A stretch of DNA of 64,000 bases from Octopus sinensis. Taxonomy: Eukaryota. The notes under the pieces were generated by a model, which worked only from the letters and a program-made list of their open reading frames with translations, was not told where the DNA came from and ran no database searches. The DNA lies in assembly GCF_006345805.1 (NCBI RefSeq), contig NC_043009.1, forward strand, positions 26,660,001-26,724,000, given 5' to 3'. Position 1 is the first letter of the stretch. Each line of letters begins with the position of its first letter. The translations under genes and the position numbers were made by a program. Positions 43,492-54,413 of the stretch are shown one piece after another.

Positions 43492-43668
43492 TGATCACTG
43501 TAGACGGTAACTGGAACAAGTGGTCTTCATGGGCTACATGTACCACCACATGTGGTCGTGGGAAACAGAATCGGTTTCGGCTCTGTAATCAACCTCCTCC
43601 ATCAAAAGGAGGGCGTTTCTGTGTTGGAGAACCTGTAGAATGGAAAGATTGCTTCGTAAATTGCACCA
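43492..43668 (+). CDS. THSD1: Exon B: thrombospondin type-1 repeat (59 codons, phase 1-1)
   Basis: Pyrimidine tract plus TTACAG acceptor ending at 43491; donor A|GTAAGT at 43669. DGNWNKWSSWATCTTTCGRGKQNRFRLC...C....C is a canonical TSP1 WxxW-xx-C-xx-TCGxG-xxx-RxRxC pattern. Frame is compatible with exon A. Confidence 0.93.
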
Positions 43669-45149
43669 GTAAGTTGTTGTTGTTGTTGTTGCTGTTGTTC
43701 GTGTGTTTTTTGCTTTCTTTGTTGTTGTTTGACCTGATCGAGGAGTCTTGCGATCAAAGATATTCCAACTGTGTCCATTTCGTTTTAATGGGGTTTCCGT
43801 GCTTCCCAACCACAATGGTTCCTGGTTCAGTTCCACTGCATAGCACCTTAGACGAAACTTATAAGCCACAAGCCAACCAACGCTTTATGAGCAGATTTAG
43901 TAGACGGAAACCGAACGAGCTTGTCGTGTGTGTGTGTGTGTGTCCACCACCGCTTGACAGTCGGTGTAGGTATGTTTGGGGCCCGCGTTGGTATGTTTGC
44001 GGTCTGCGCAACTCAGCGGTTCAGCAACAGAAACTGATAGAATAAGTACCAGGATTTTTTAAAATCCTGAGGTTGATTCATTCAGCTAAAATTTCTTGAG
44101 GCGGTGCCCCAGCATGGCCGCAGTCTAATGACTGAAGTAAGAAATTAAAGAATGAAAAGATATACTGTACTTAGGATTACTTTATCCAATGCATTTGTAG
44201 TTGTTGTTTAGCCCTAGGCCAGTTCCAGGAGGTTGATGATTAAAATTATTGCATCTGTAATCATCCAGTCTTTTTTTCGTTTGTTTGTTTCTTTTTTTTT
44301 TTTGTTTTCTTCTTTTGCAGTTATATCCCAGACTGCGGTGTGTCTTTTGTTTTTATAAAATGTTATGTTTTGATTTAGTAGGACATTTAGCCGCTATTTC
44401 TAGCAGATCGAACCGCAATCATTTAGCGTCTCTCGCATAATTGTTAGAACTCAATCACACACGCGCGCGCAGACACTCACACGTTTTGTGTATTAATTCC
44501 AAAAAGAAAAAAAGTAAAAGCTAAAATGAAGATGGAGCAGGACCCGGTTGCCCAAGCCTTCAGTTCTTTAGTTTCGCTTATGCCAAGGCTTCATAAGTGG
44601 GGAAGTGAGGAGGGGCTATGAAGATTGAAAGTGGCGGAAAGGGACGGAGAAATTACTGTGTTTAATAAAATTTAAGATGGTTTAAAACTTTTTTTACCTT
44701 GTCCAACAGACACCATGATGAAGAAAGAAATTCAATGGATGCAAAATTGTTTTTGCTTTGTTTTCGTTTGTTTTTTTTTTCTCTTTTTTTTTTTGCTTTT
44801 GTTTATGTTGTTTCATTAATAAAGATGGTATAAAAAGTTCTTTTGAATTATTTTGCTTCAGTGGTGAAAGAGAGTCAGGTATGTTCTTTGCTTAAGGCCT
44901 TCTAGCTTATGTTACATCTCAACTACAATGTGAAGAATATATTGCGGATGAGAGGTATCAATTGTTTTGTCCGAGACAGACTGACAGTTACAATGGTTAT
45001 TAAGCGAATTAAGTGAAATTCTTTCCAAAGTTCATAGAAACCGCATCACAAAATTTGAATGTTTTTTTTTTCTTTTTCCAGAAATAGTTTAACATTTCAT
45101 TCTTGATGTACTTTTCTTTTTGCTTCTTTCATTTCATCATTTATCTATC

Positions 45150-45550
45150 TAAGGCACTGGGCTGTCAGAATCGTTGGCGCATCAGACAAAATGCTTTGCA
45201 GCATTTCTTTCGACCCTTTACGTGCTGAGCTCGAATCCCATCGAAATCAACTTTGCCTTTCATCTTTTTCGGGTCAATAAAATAAAGTACCAACCAAATA
45301 CTAAGGTCGACGAAATGGACTATCCACCCACTGCCTAAAATTTCTGACCTTGTGCCAAAATTTGATACAGTAAAGCAGCAAGCTAGCAGAATTAACAGAC
45401 TCTCCGAACAAAATATTTAGCAGCTCTTACTCCGATTCTTTACGTTTTGAGTCCAAATTCCACCGAGGTCGACTTTGCCCTCCATTCTTTCGGGGTCAAA
45501 TACAGATGCAATTGACTTACCCAAATTTGCTGACCTTGCGCCAAAATGAG
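45150..45550 (+). mobile_element. Two sense-oriented SINE family A copies ending in a (TTTA)n tail
   Basis: Heads near 45165 and 45385; box B-like GAGTCCAAATTCC; core GTCGACTTTGCC; tail runs into the exon C acceptor. Confidence 0.8.
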
Positions 45551-45593
45551 AAAGATTTATTTATTTATTTATTTATTGTTTATTTATTTGCAG

Positions 45594-46022
45594 GAACGAC
45601 TCCGAAGACTCCATTGAAGCCAGTGAAAACAAACGGTTCGTGTGTTTGTGGTTGTGTTTTGTCGAATCAGACAGGTTTCATTACAGCAACGGAAGAATGT
45701 TCAGGCCTCAGTGTATGGTTTATCAAAGTCGCCCGCCACCATCGGATTACGCTTCTGTTCCAATACGCCAACCTAAGATCATCGACTCAGTGGATTAAAG
45801 TACGAGACGGTTTGGCAACGAATGCCAAACTTATAGCGTTCAGTGAGGTTGAAGGAATTCCCGACTCGGTGACCTCTTCGTCGAATGACATGCGCGTTGA
45901 ATTCAAAACATCATCATCACGCGATTCATCATCTTCTCGAGAGATACAGCAACAACTGACCGACGATGGCAGAATTGGGCAGTCTTACCTCTACGGTTTT
46001 GTGGCTAACTACACAATATCAG
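45594..46022 (+). CDS. THSD1: Exon C: CUB domain (143 codons, phase 1-1)
   Basis: TTGCAG acceptor ends at 45593; donor G|GTATGT at 46023. CGCVL..GFI...C.W.I......ITLLF......WIKVRDG......SSSNDMRVEFKT...GFVANY fits the CUB pattern. Confidence 0.9.
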
Positions 46023-46113
46023 GTATGTCTAGAAATAGTTTGTTTTGTTTTTAGTGTAGCGTTGACGGAGAACCAGACAATAACAAAGCCCTCCTCCTCC
46101 ATTTTCCCCCTTT

Positions 46114-46149
<36 letters not shown>

Positions 46150-46451
46150 CCTTCGAAACACGGAGTAGACGAAACAGAGGCGGCTGAAGAAGGGGAATTT
46201 TCCTTGTGTTGTATGTCTTGTACTCTGTTTTTTTTCTTTGTTTAAAAAAATGTCCGTTTCCTTGGTTTTGTTTTTGTGTTTTCGTTTCTCATTGTGTTCG
46301 ACGTTTTTTTTTTTGGTGTCCTATACCCATATATGCATGTATATATACATATAGATGTAGGTACGTACATATATGTATGTATATATGCATATGTTTTATT
46401 TATTATTTTGTTATTATATGATGGAACGCCACGCATCCTCTTCCAAGTAAG

Positions 46452-46488
<37 letters not shown>

Positions 46489-46629
46489 AAAGTTCTTCCA
46501 TTTCAGCTGGTTTTCAGTCGTAGCCAAGATTTGCTCGTTTCTAGTATTACAACTGGAAACCGTGCCACCGCCTCTCTTTGTCCAGGAAACCCAGCAGTTA
46601 AATGAAGCACATTTTCCTCTTTGACTAAA

Positions 46630-46795
46630 ACCTTTCTACTCTAGGCACAAGACCTGAAATTTGGGTGAGGGAGATAATTGATTACATCTACCCCAGCGTT
46701 TTACTGAAAGGCAAAGTCGACCTCGGCAGAATTTGAACTCGCAACGCTAAGCATTTCGTCCAGCGTGCCAACGATTCTACCAGCTCGCCGCCTTC
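46630..46795 (-). mobile_element. SINE family A copy
   Basis: CTTTCTACTCTAGGCACAAGACCTGAAATTT ... CCAGCTCGCCGCCTT. Confidence 0.88.
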
Positions 46796-46999
46796 TTTAA
46801 CTAAAACCTTATCAACTTCAACTTCTACTCGAAGAGGAAAATGAGGGTGGAACGGAAGAAGCTGCGCTTCGGTTAATCCAGTAAAAGGTAGTTGAGGATG
46901 GCGAGTAAGGCCCAAGTGAAATGGGGTCACGATTTAGCATGCAGACCTATTTATTAACAGTCGGATGAGGAGGGGCACATTACTTTGACAGTTAGATTA

Positions 47000-47570
47000 A
47001 TCCAAGACCGGAGGAGGCGGCTTCACATTCCACTACTGTTCTGCGGTCGGACACGGTGGTGCTGCTGCCTACGTGAGGGGTCGGGCGCGGTGTTCGAGTT
47101 CGAGTGGGGAGAGTGCAACCTAAAGTGGAGACTGAGTGGTTGATAGCAACTGTTCTGGCTGCCACTGGGGACGGTCTAGATTTGGGGCCAGTAGGAGGAA
47201 CAAGCATGTTGGACTGGTGGGGATGCGGTGTAGAGATGTGGATTTTTTCACTTTGATGACATTGAAGGAGTCTCCTGCCAGATGGAGATTGCGGAGGAGG
47301 GTTTGCTTTAAGTTCTTGATGGTCTGCAAAAGGAGTATCGATGCGGAGGGAGGAGTATCATGGTGGAAGGGGCATGTGAGGGTGGGGCTGCCCGGAGAGA
47401 GGTTTAATGAGGATGACAGGGGTGTTCTGGTGAGTGAGGACGGATATGAGGTGTTCATAGATGCATGCGGCGGATTGGTGGGTGTGATTGACGGGCTGTG
47501 GTTGTGTGACACACCGCCGCCCGTAGTGGAATATGAAGAATTAAGAAGAATGGAGATACAATTATGAGCA
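47000..47570. mobile_element. GC-richer degenerate interspersed repeat, probable retroelement remnant
   Basis: Abrupt compositional shift with ORFs on both strands and no splice context; family not recognised. Confidence 0.3.
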
Positions 47571-47989
47571 ATATAGAAAGAAAAAAAACGATTTAAATAA
47601 AAGAGAGAGGAAAAACTGTCCAAAATCATGCGTAAATGTAACCACTCGACTTCAGGGTTCGAGTGGGCATTGCGCCTCATCATTATTCATAATTTCATTC
47701 GTCTATTTTTATTTTTATTCTTTGCTCGATTTCCTTTTTCATATTTGTAATTTCCCCGTTTTTATGTTTTGTATTGTCTTTTGTGCTGTATAAACCTCTA
47801 TATTAAGCCCCTTGGGGGTAATAAAAAAAACACGAGGACGTTTGTGTTGCCTTGACAGAGGTTTGCGCTTTCTCAGTGCTCTTGTTTTTACGTTCTTTCT
47901 CGTTTCGTAATCTGTCCTTGCAATGTCCCTTTATCCGTTTACCCTTATAGTAATTTATAATCATCACTGTTATTGTTGTTGTTTCAAAT

Positions 47990-48235
47990 TTTGCTACAAG
48001 GCCAGCAATTTTTTTAGGGGAGAGTTTAGTCCATGACATCGACCCCAATGCTCAGCTGGAACTTTATTTTATCAACCCCGAAAGAATGAAAAGGAAAGTT
48101 GACCACGGAAGGATTTGAACTCACAAGAATCAATTTTCCCTTTCTTCCTTTCGAGATCAATACTGGGCTCGATATAATCGACTTTCCCCTCCCCTCAAAA
48201 ACAACTGGCTCTGTGCCAAAATTTGAAACCATTAT
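47990..48235. mobile_element. Two partial SINE family A copies in opposite orientation
   Basis: 47990-48125 is minus-oriented core; 48130-48235 is a plus-oriented 3' half ending CCAAAATTTGAAACC before the (TTA)n tail. Confidence 0.7.
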
Positions 48236-48573
48236 TATTATTATTGATTATTAATTATTTTAAATTATTATTATTATTGATTATTATCATTATTATTATT
48301 ATTATTGGTTATTGATTATTAATTATTATTGATTACCAATTATTATCAATTGTTATTGAATATCAATTATTATCAATTATTGATTGTTAATTATTATCAA
48401 TTATCAACTATTAATTATTATTGATTATTGGTTATTAATTATTATGAATTATTGGTTATTAATTATTATTAATTATTGATTATTAATTATTATTAATTAT
48501 TGATTATTAATGATTATTAATTATTCGATATTAATTATTATTCATTATTCATTATTAATTATTATTATTATTG
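48231..48573. repeat. Expanded degenerate (TTA)n tract abutting the exon D acceptor
   Basis: Continuous ATT/TTGATT repeats from the SINE 3' end to TTGCAG at 48571-48576. Confidence 0.9.
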
Positions 48574-48576
48574 CAG

Positions 48577-49909
48577 TTATCAATGCATCTGCTGCCGCCG
48601 CCCTTGTTCCACGATCATTGATGGTAAAAGAACCTGAATGGGAGAATACTATTGTTGCTGTTGGCATCATCATCTGCGTTATGACCCTGGTTGCAAGTGT
48701 TGGCTGTGGCATCTACCATCGCTTCTACGGCCAACAATGGCATAAATACACCGTCGCTTCACAAGGCGACAACAGCCCGTATCACGTCAAAAGCAGTGCT
48801 CCCAGTAGCCCGACCAGTGCTGCCGGAAACGCTACCATTGAACATGATATGGAAGCCCCGCTCACAAAATCAGTAAGTACCAAGCGCAAAAAGCAAGACA
48901 GCGGCACACCAGTGCTTGCTTCGCCTCACACGTCAGTGTCCAGCGCTTCAAGCCTTTTGGGGCACTCGCGGAAAATAGAAACCAAAGCCGAAGTACTGTC
49001 ACCGGCTAATCTATCTAGCCCCTACACAACACATCCAATAGACCACGGTCCCAATAGCCTTAATTCGAGCCCGTCAGCAAAAAATCGCTCACCTAAAGTC
49101 CATCCAGTGGATTACAAGAAGAAAAGAAAAGGTTCTTCTACCGATAAAGGCTCGAATCTCGATTTAGGCGAACGCATCGTACTCGGTTCGTCAGGGACGC
49201 CATCTTCTTCACAGGCTAACAGCAACATGCCACTAGTAAAATCACCCGCTAGTATCACCGATACCTCATCGACTAAATCAACTAAAAGTGATATGGATAA
49301 AGTACAAAAAAGAGATAAATCAAAACACTTCCGGCTTCCTACGCCGAAAGGAAGTAATAGAAATTCTGATGGCATTCCGTTAATGACTTTACAGAGAAGT
49401 CAGATTATGATCTCAAGACTTTATCTCGAAGTAGCAGTCGGGAAGATTCCATGCACTCGGGTAAAAATACCACAACGGCATTTGTCGGTGGTGACAGTAA
49501 GCCGAAACGGCCAACTAGCCTCGTGAAAGAGGACCATAACTTACCTTTCAAAAAAGCCTCGCCAATGGCGGCTAAAAAGAAACCTCCATTGGATTATAGT
49601 CCAAGACTGCTTGATTCGCAACGTATTTCAAAACCAGACGGACAAAGTCCAGAACTTTTAAGAGGGGATAAAACCCCGAGAAGCATGACTCCTCTGAGTG
49701 TTAGAAGCTTAAAAACTCTTTCTCCGACTCGTAGTATCCTAACTTCATCGGATGCGACATCAGAGGGCTGTGAACTGGAATATGATGACTTTATAATGGA
49801 TGATCCTTTCTCCTACTTTGATACAGAAGACACTCTCAAGCTTCGATGGCAGGGTACAGAAAAGATAGGAACGTTAAAACCATCTGATTCTACCCTGACG
49901 TTTGATTAA
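48577..49909 (+). CDS. THSD1: Terminal exon D: transmembrane helix and cytoplasmic tail; contains a 1-nt frame break near 49370-49380
   Basis: TTGCAG acceptor ends at 48576. TM segment TIVAVGIIICVMTLVASVGCGIY at 48648-48716 resembles the THSD1 TM. Frame 0 is open to 49526; the -1 frame is open from 49370 to TAA at 49909 and carries ELEYDDFIMDDPFSYFD. Confidence 0.82.
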
Positions 49910-50099
49910 ATTTATTGTCCCACAGTCCAAGTATGTCTCGTTGTTATTGATATTTATTTCATTGAAAACAATGTTATTGGTTTCATTTATTGGTGTACGG
50001 CCACGCTGGAACAGCACCAATCTGTGTAACTTACAAAAGCTTTCACCACAAAAACACATGACATCTTTTTTCACTATATTTATTGTTGTTATTATTATT

Positions 50100-50490
50100 A
50101 AGGCAGCGAGTTGGCAGAATCGTTTGCACGCTGGACGAAATACCTAGCGGTATTTCGTCTGCCGCTACGTTCTGAGTTCAAATTCCGCCGAGGTCGACTT
50201 TGTCTTTCATCCTTTCGGGGTCGATTAAATAAGTACCAGTTACGCACTGGGGTCGATGTAATCGACTTAATCCGTGTGTCTGTCCTTGTTTGTCCCCTCT
50301 GTGTTTAACCCCTTGTGGGTAGTAAAGAAATAGGTATTTCGTCTGCCGCTACGTTCTGAGTTCAAATTCCCCCAAGGTCGACTTTACCTTTCATCCTTTC
50401 GGGGTCGATAAATTAAGTACCAGTTGAGTACTGGGGTCGATGTAATTGACTATCCCCTCCCCCAAATTTCAGGCCTTGCGCCTATAATAG
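50100..50490 (+). mobile_element. Full-length composite SINE family A in the putative 3' UTR
   Basis: AAGGCAGCGAGTTGGCAGAATCG head (box A-like), GAGTTCAAATTCC (box B), duplicated core, (TTA)n tail. Confidence 0.92.
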
Positions 50491-51009
50491 AAAGGTTATT
50501 ATTATTATTTTTATTATTATTATCATTATTATTATTAACGTTGTTAATTATAATAATTACTGTTAAGTTTAGCAATGGATAATCAGTAAATGGTCAACTT
50601 TTTTATTCCATTCTTCCTGGAATCGATAAAATAAAATGTCAATCAAATACTGTGAGAGATCAATTAAATTGACCAGCAAGTTAAGTCCTTCCCTTAGTAT
50701 CTCATTTGTTGGGGTACCCGGGTATTTTTATCAATGTTTTCCACTCCTCTCTCTCTCTCTCACTATCTCTCTTTCTCCCTCTCTCTCTCTCACTATCTCT
50801 CTTTCTCCCTCTCTCTCTCTCTTTCTCCCTCTCTCTCTCTTTCTCTCTCCCTACCTAAGTATCGGTTTCAACTTCCTTTCAAGTATTTTATTGAGTCTGG
50901 TGGAGCCCATCTCCTCCCCCAGGATTTCAGTGTCGCAGGATCCCAAAAGTCTGATCTGCTTTTGACGGGTTTTGTTTTTCTTTTAATCCTACGGGGATAC
51001 CTCACACAC

Positions 51010-51055
<46 letters not shown>

Positions 51056-53129
51056 CTGTCGTAAGGTAAACCATTTGAGATTTCAACTACTCCCTGACAA
51101 CATAGTTACAAGCTGCGGAATTCCAACAAAGAGAAAAGATATTAGTATTACCTAATATAGATTCTTGTTTACTGATCCTATAATATTTCGGGAAAGATAC
51201 CCCCTTTTGAAATAGAAAATAATGAAAGACTTCGGAGAAATGAGTTGCAATGTGAATATATACAGTGTGGGGGGGGGGGGGGATGAAGTTGAACTGGATC
51301 CAGAGTTCTTAAGGTCTATTTATATTTATTGTTTTCAGATATACACGTATGAAAGTAAATAGAAACTAATATGGTAAATGACCTCAATGTGTTACTGTCA
51401 CTACCTCTATGCAGATATTTATGTTTTATTTATGTTTATGTTTTCCAGTTTCAGCTCTTGAGCTGTGGCCATGCTGGGGCACCGCCATTTATGTAACTTT
51501 TTTTTAGTATCAAACAAATTAGCATATAAAAGAAATTACTCCACTTTGCACTGGCACGAATTCATGCAAAGTTATTTGAGCAGTAATGAAAATCGATAAT
51601 GGACTGCATTGAGTTACATTAGAGAAGAGTTTCTAAAGATGAAATACGCATGATGCTTCAACCAGAATTAAGTCCATTATGGAATTTCTTAGGAGGTCAC
51701 TCAGAAAGTTGTTGACAATGAAACCTGTTTTTCTCTGTCTTTGTTCTTTTATTCCGCTGAACCTTACTGTTACTCTTGTTTGTTCCTTCTCGAGCCATGC
51801 CTGACTCATAGGGCCAGGTTTCCCGGTTTCCTTGACGTATAGGTCCGTCGCAGGTGAACTGCAAGATGCAGGAGGAAAGAGTGAAAGAAAGTTGTGGTGA
51901 AAGAGTCAGCAGAAGTTCGCCATTACCTTCTGCCGGAGCCGCGTGAAGCTTAGGTGTTTCGCTCATAAACACACACGTCGCCCGGTCTGAGATTCGAACC
52001 CGCGATCCCTCGACCGTTTCTCTAACCACTAAGCCACTACTGATACTATAATATACTATAAGATACTGTAATATACTATACTATAAGATACTATTCTATA
52101 AGATACTGATACTATAAGATATAATATATTATAAGATATATGGCCTCTGGAATTCCTCTAAATACACACCTTCAGAGACCGAGAGACTAATATTATGTTG
52201 CAGTGGATATAAAACGAGTAATCTTTTGCAACACTGTACGATTTAAGTAATAAGACAAAATCTGTGTTCACTTTATACAAAAGACCGTTTCAGGAGACTC
52301 TGCCAGTCGCCTGTCGTGATCCAATTCTTAAACTGCCATCATCACCATCTAGATTCTTCTCTTTCTTTCCCCTCTGTCGCTCTTTTATTATAATGCCAGA
52401 CAAGACAAGCAGAGAGTCTTTTAAGGGGGTCATCCTATCAGTGGTTTTTGTGGTGTATTTCATTTTGTTAGACCACAGCGGGGTGGGCGGGCGATGAAAC
52501 AGCGTTGGTAAGAGAAAAGGGAGGGGAATTGTTTAAAAAGTTTGAAAATCAACGTTTTTTTTAATTACCAAACACGAGAAAGATGGCGTTATTGTTGTTG
52601 TAGCACCAAGTCAGTTCCGATTGAAAAAATTCGATGATCAAAAGCGTTCCAGCCTTGACTACTCAGCGTTATTTTTTTCCTCAGAGTTGTGTATCTAAGA
52701 GTACATTATCAATGTACCGTCCCTTTCTTTTTAAGACAATACGATGTGTTATGAAACAGAGACGTCTCTTACTTCAAAGACAGGAACGTCGTCGTTGCTT
52801 GACCCCAGGTCAGTCATTGTCCAGTAAACCAATCAAAGACGTTACAAACCTTTTATGAGTGTGTGTGTGTGTCTCTCTCTCACACACAAATACAGTATTC
52901 AGATCAACATTATCAGTCTGGCTGTTACTTTAGCACTTCAAGTGACCACTTAAAGGACAGACACGCACACATATCCGTACAGGTATGTGTACAGATGTAC
53001 CCAACGGGTTTCCACAATCATCACTTACCTTCTCAACAAGATTTATGTGAAAAGATATTTGTCCCAAAAGTCACACAAGATTGAATTCGGAACGTCGTTA
53101 TTGCAAAGCGAACAACTTAACCATTTGGT

Positions 53130-53195
<66 letters not shown>

Positions 53196-53244
53196 CACTT
53201 ACATTTCAACGCCGCTCCTCTAAATGAAAGCCTTATTTGTCATT

Positions 53245-53465
53245 GTGGCTTTGTGGCACGAAGAAAACAGGTATTTCCGTCTACTCAAGAACACGGAAGA
53301 AAGATCCACAAGCACGCGCACAGACTGAGTCCTCAACATGTTCCATTTGTCAAAAAAGTCTACAAGGTACCAGCAGGCCTCAAGAGACACGTTCGTGTCT
53401 ATAGAACATGGTTACTGCTTTATTTTACAGAACCTTCACTTGTCGTTCACGACAAGAGAATCCAT
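53245..53465 (+). mobile_element. RTE-like LINE 3' end with decayed C-terminal zinc finger
   Basis: KKVYKVPAGLKRHVRVY resembles the C2H2-like ..GL..H.R.H terminus of RTE ORF2; the Cys pair is not intact. Confidence 0.45.
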
Positions 53466-53883
53466 CATATATATATATAATATGAATGAATATTATTCCA
53501 AACTTACAGGGAAAAATTCAATTTGGTGTGTGATATAGTTTTCCGTTCAAGCTTCTGGGTACATACGTGGAAGTTGAACGATTTGCTCAGAAGTTGGTCA
53601 AAAACCACACAAATTGCCTCTCGTCAGCCATGTTATTACGTTCAACACATTAGCGACATCAAATATCGACCAAAAAGAAAATGCAAGTTAATCATTAGCT
53701 ATAGTCGCTAAAGTGTCAAAAATATTGTGCGTGTATGTATGTAATATACGCATATTATATATATATATGCATATTATATATATATATAACTAACAATATA
53801 GGATGAAGTCCCTTTCTCTACAGAAAAGGAATCCATCAGGAAGCGTGGCAGTATATTAAAAAACCGTTACGGTTGAAGTATAA

Positions 53884-54371
53884 ACATCATATAATTAAGG
53901 GCTAAAGAGGGTTATTCTAAAGCCAATACACTGATTTATCCACTTATAATCCACTTGTTACAGGAAAATTGAAACTGAAAACGGGCAACTAACCTTTAGA
54001 AAATTTAAATTTCGTTATCTCTATATTGAATCAATTTCGGAATTAATCTTATAAAAGATATATTCTTTCTTCAGTAGAGCTTTTATTTTTAGATATAAGT
54101 GATGTACTCAAGTGTAGTTATGTTTTTAGCTTGTGCTTTTTCCATGATCATACGTGAGTATTTTATTTATATCCCATCGAAAGCTCTACTGAAGAAAGAA
54201 TATATCTTTTATAAGATTAATTCCGAAATTGATTCAATATAGAGATAACGAAATTTAAATTTTCTAAAGGTTAGTTGCCCGTTTTCAGTTTCAATTTTCC
54301 TGTAACAAGTGGATTATAAGTGGATAAATCAGTGTATTGGCTTTAGAATAACCCTCTTTAGCCCTTAATTA

Positions 54372-54379
<8 letters not shown>
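53884..54379. repeat. Perfect 200-bp inverted repeat with a 96-bp spacer
   Basis: 53884-54083 is the reverse complement of 54180-54379; no mismatch found on manual comparison. Confidence 0.95.

Positions 54380-54413
<34 letters not shown>

Noticed and set aside
43669-44045. Extension of the TSP1 ORF to 184 aa
   Set aside because: Read-through past a GTAAGT donor into a (TTG)n repeat and a SINE.
46148-46200. CCTTCGAAAC...CTGAAGAAGGGG as a permuted hammerhead; similar fragments at about 33790 and 36430
   Set aside because: Stem I does not pair and the cores are incomplete; at most decayed PLE-terminal sequence.
49300-49312. A6G run as a programmed -1 frameshift site
   Set aside because: Out of register with frame 0, and a -1 frame TGA at 49367 lies downstream of it.
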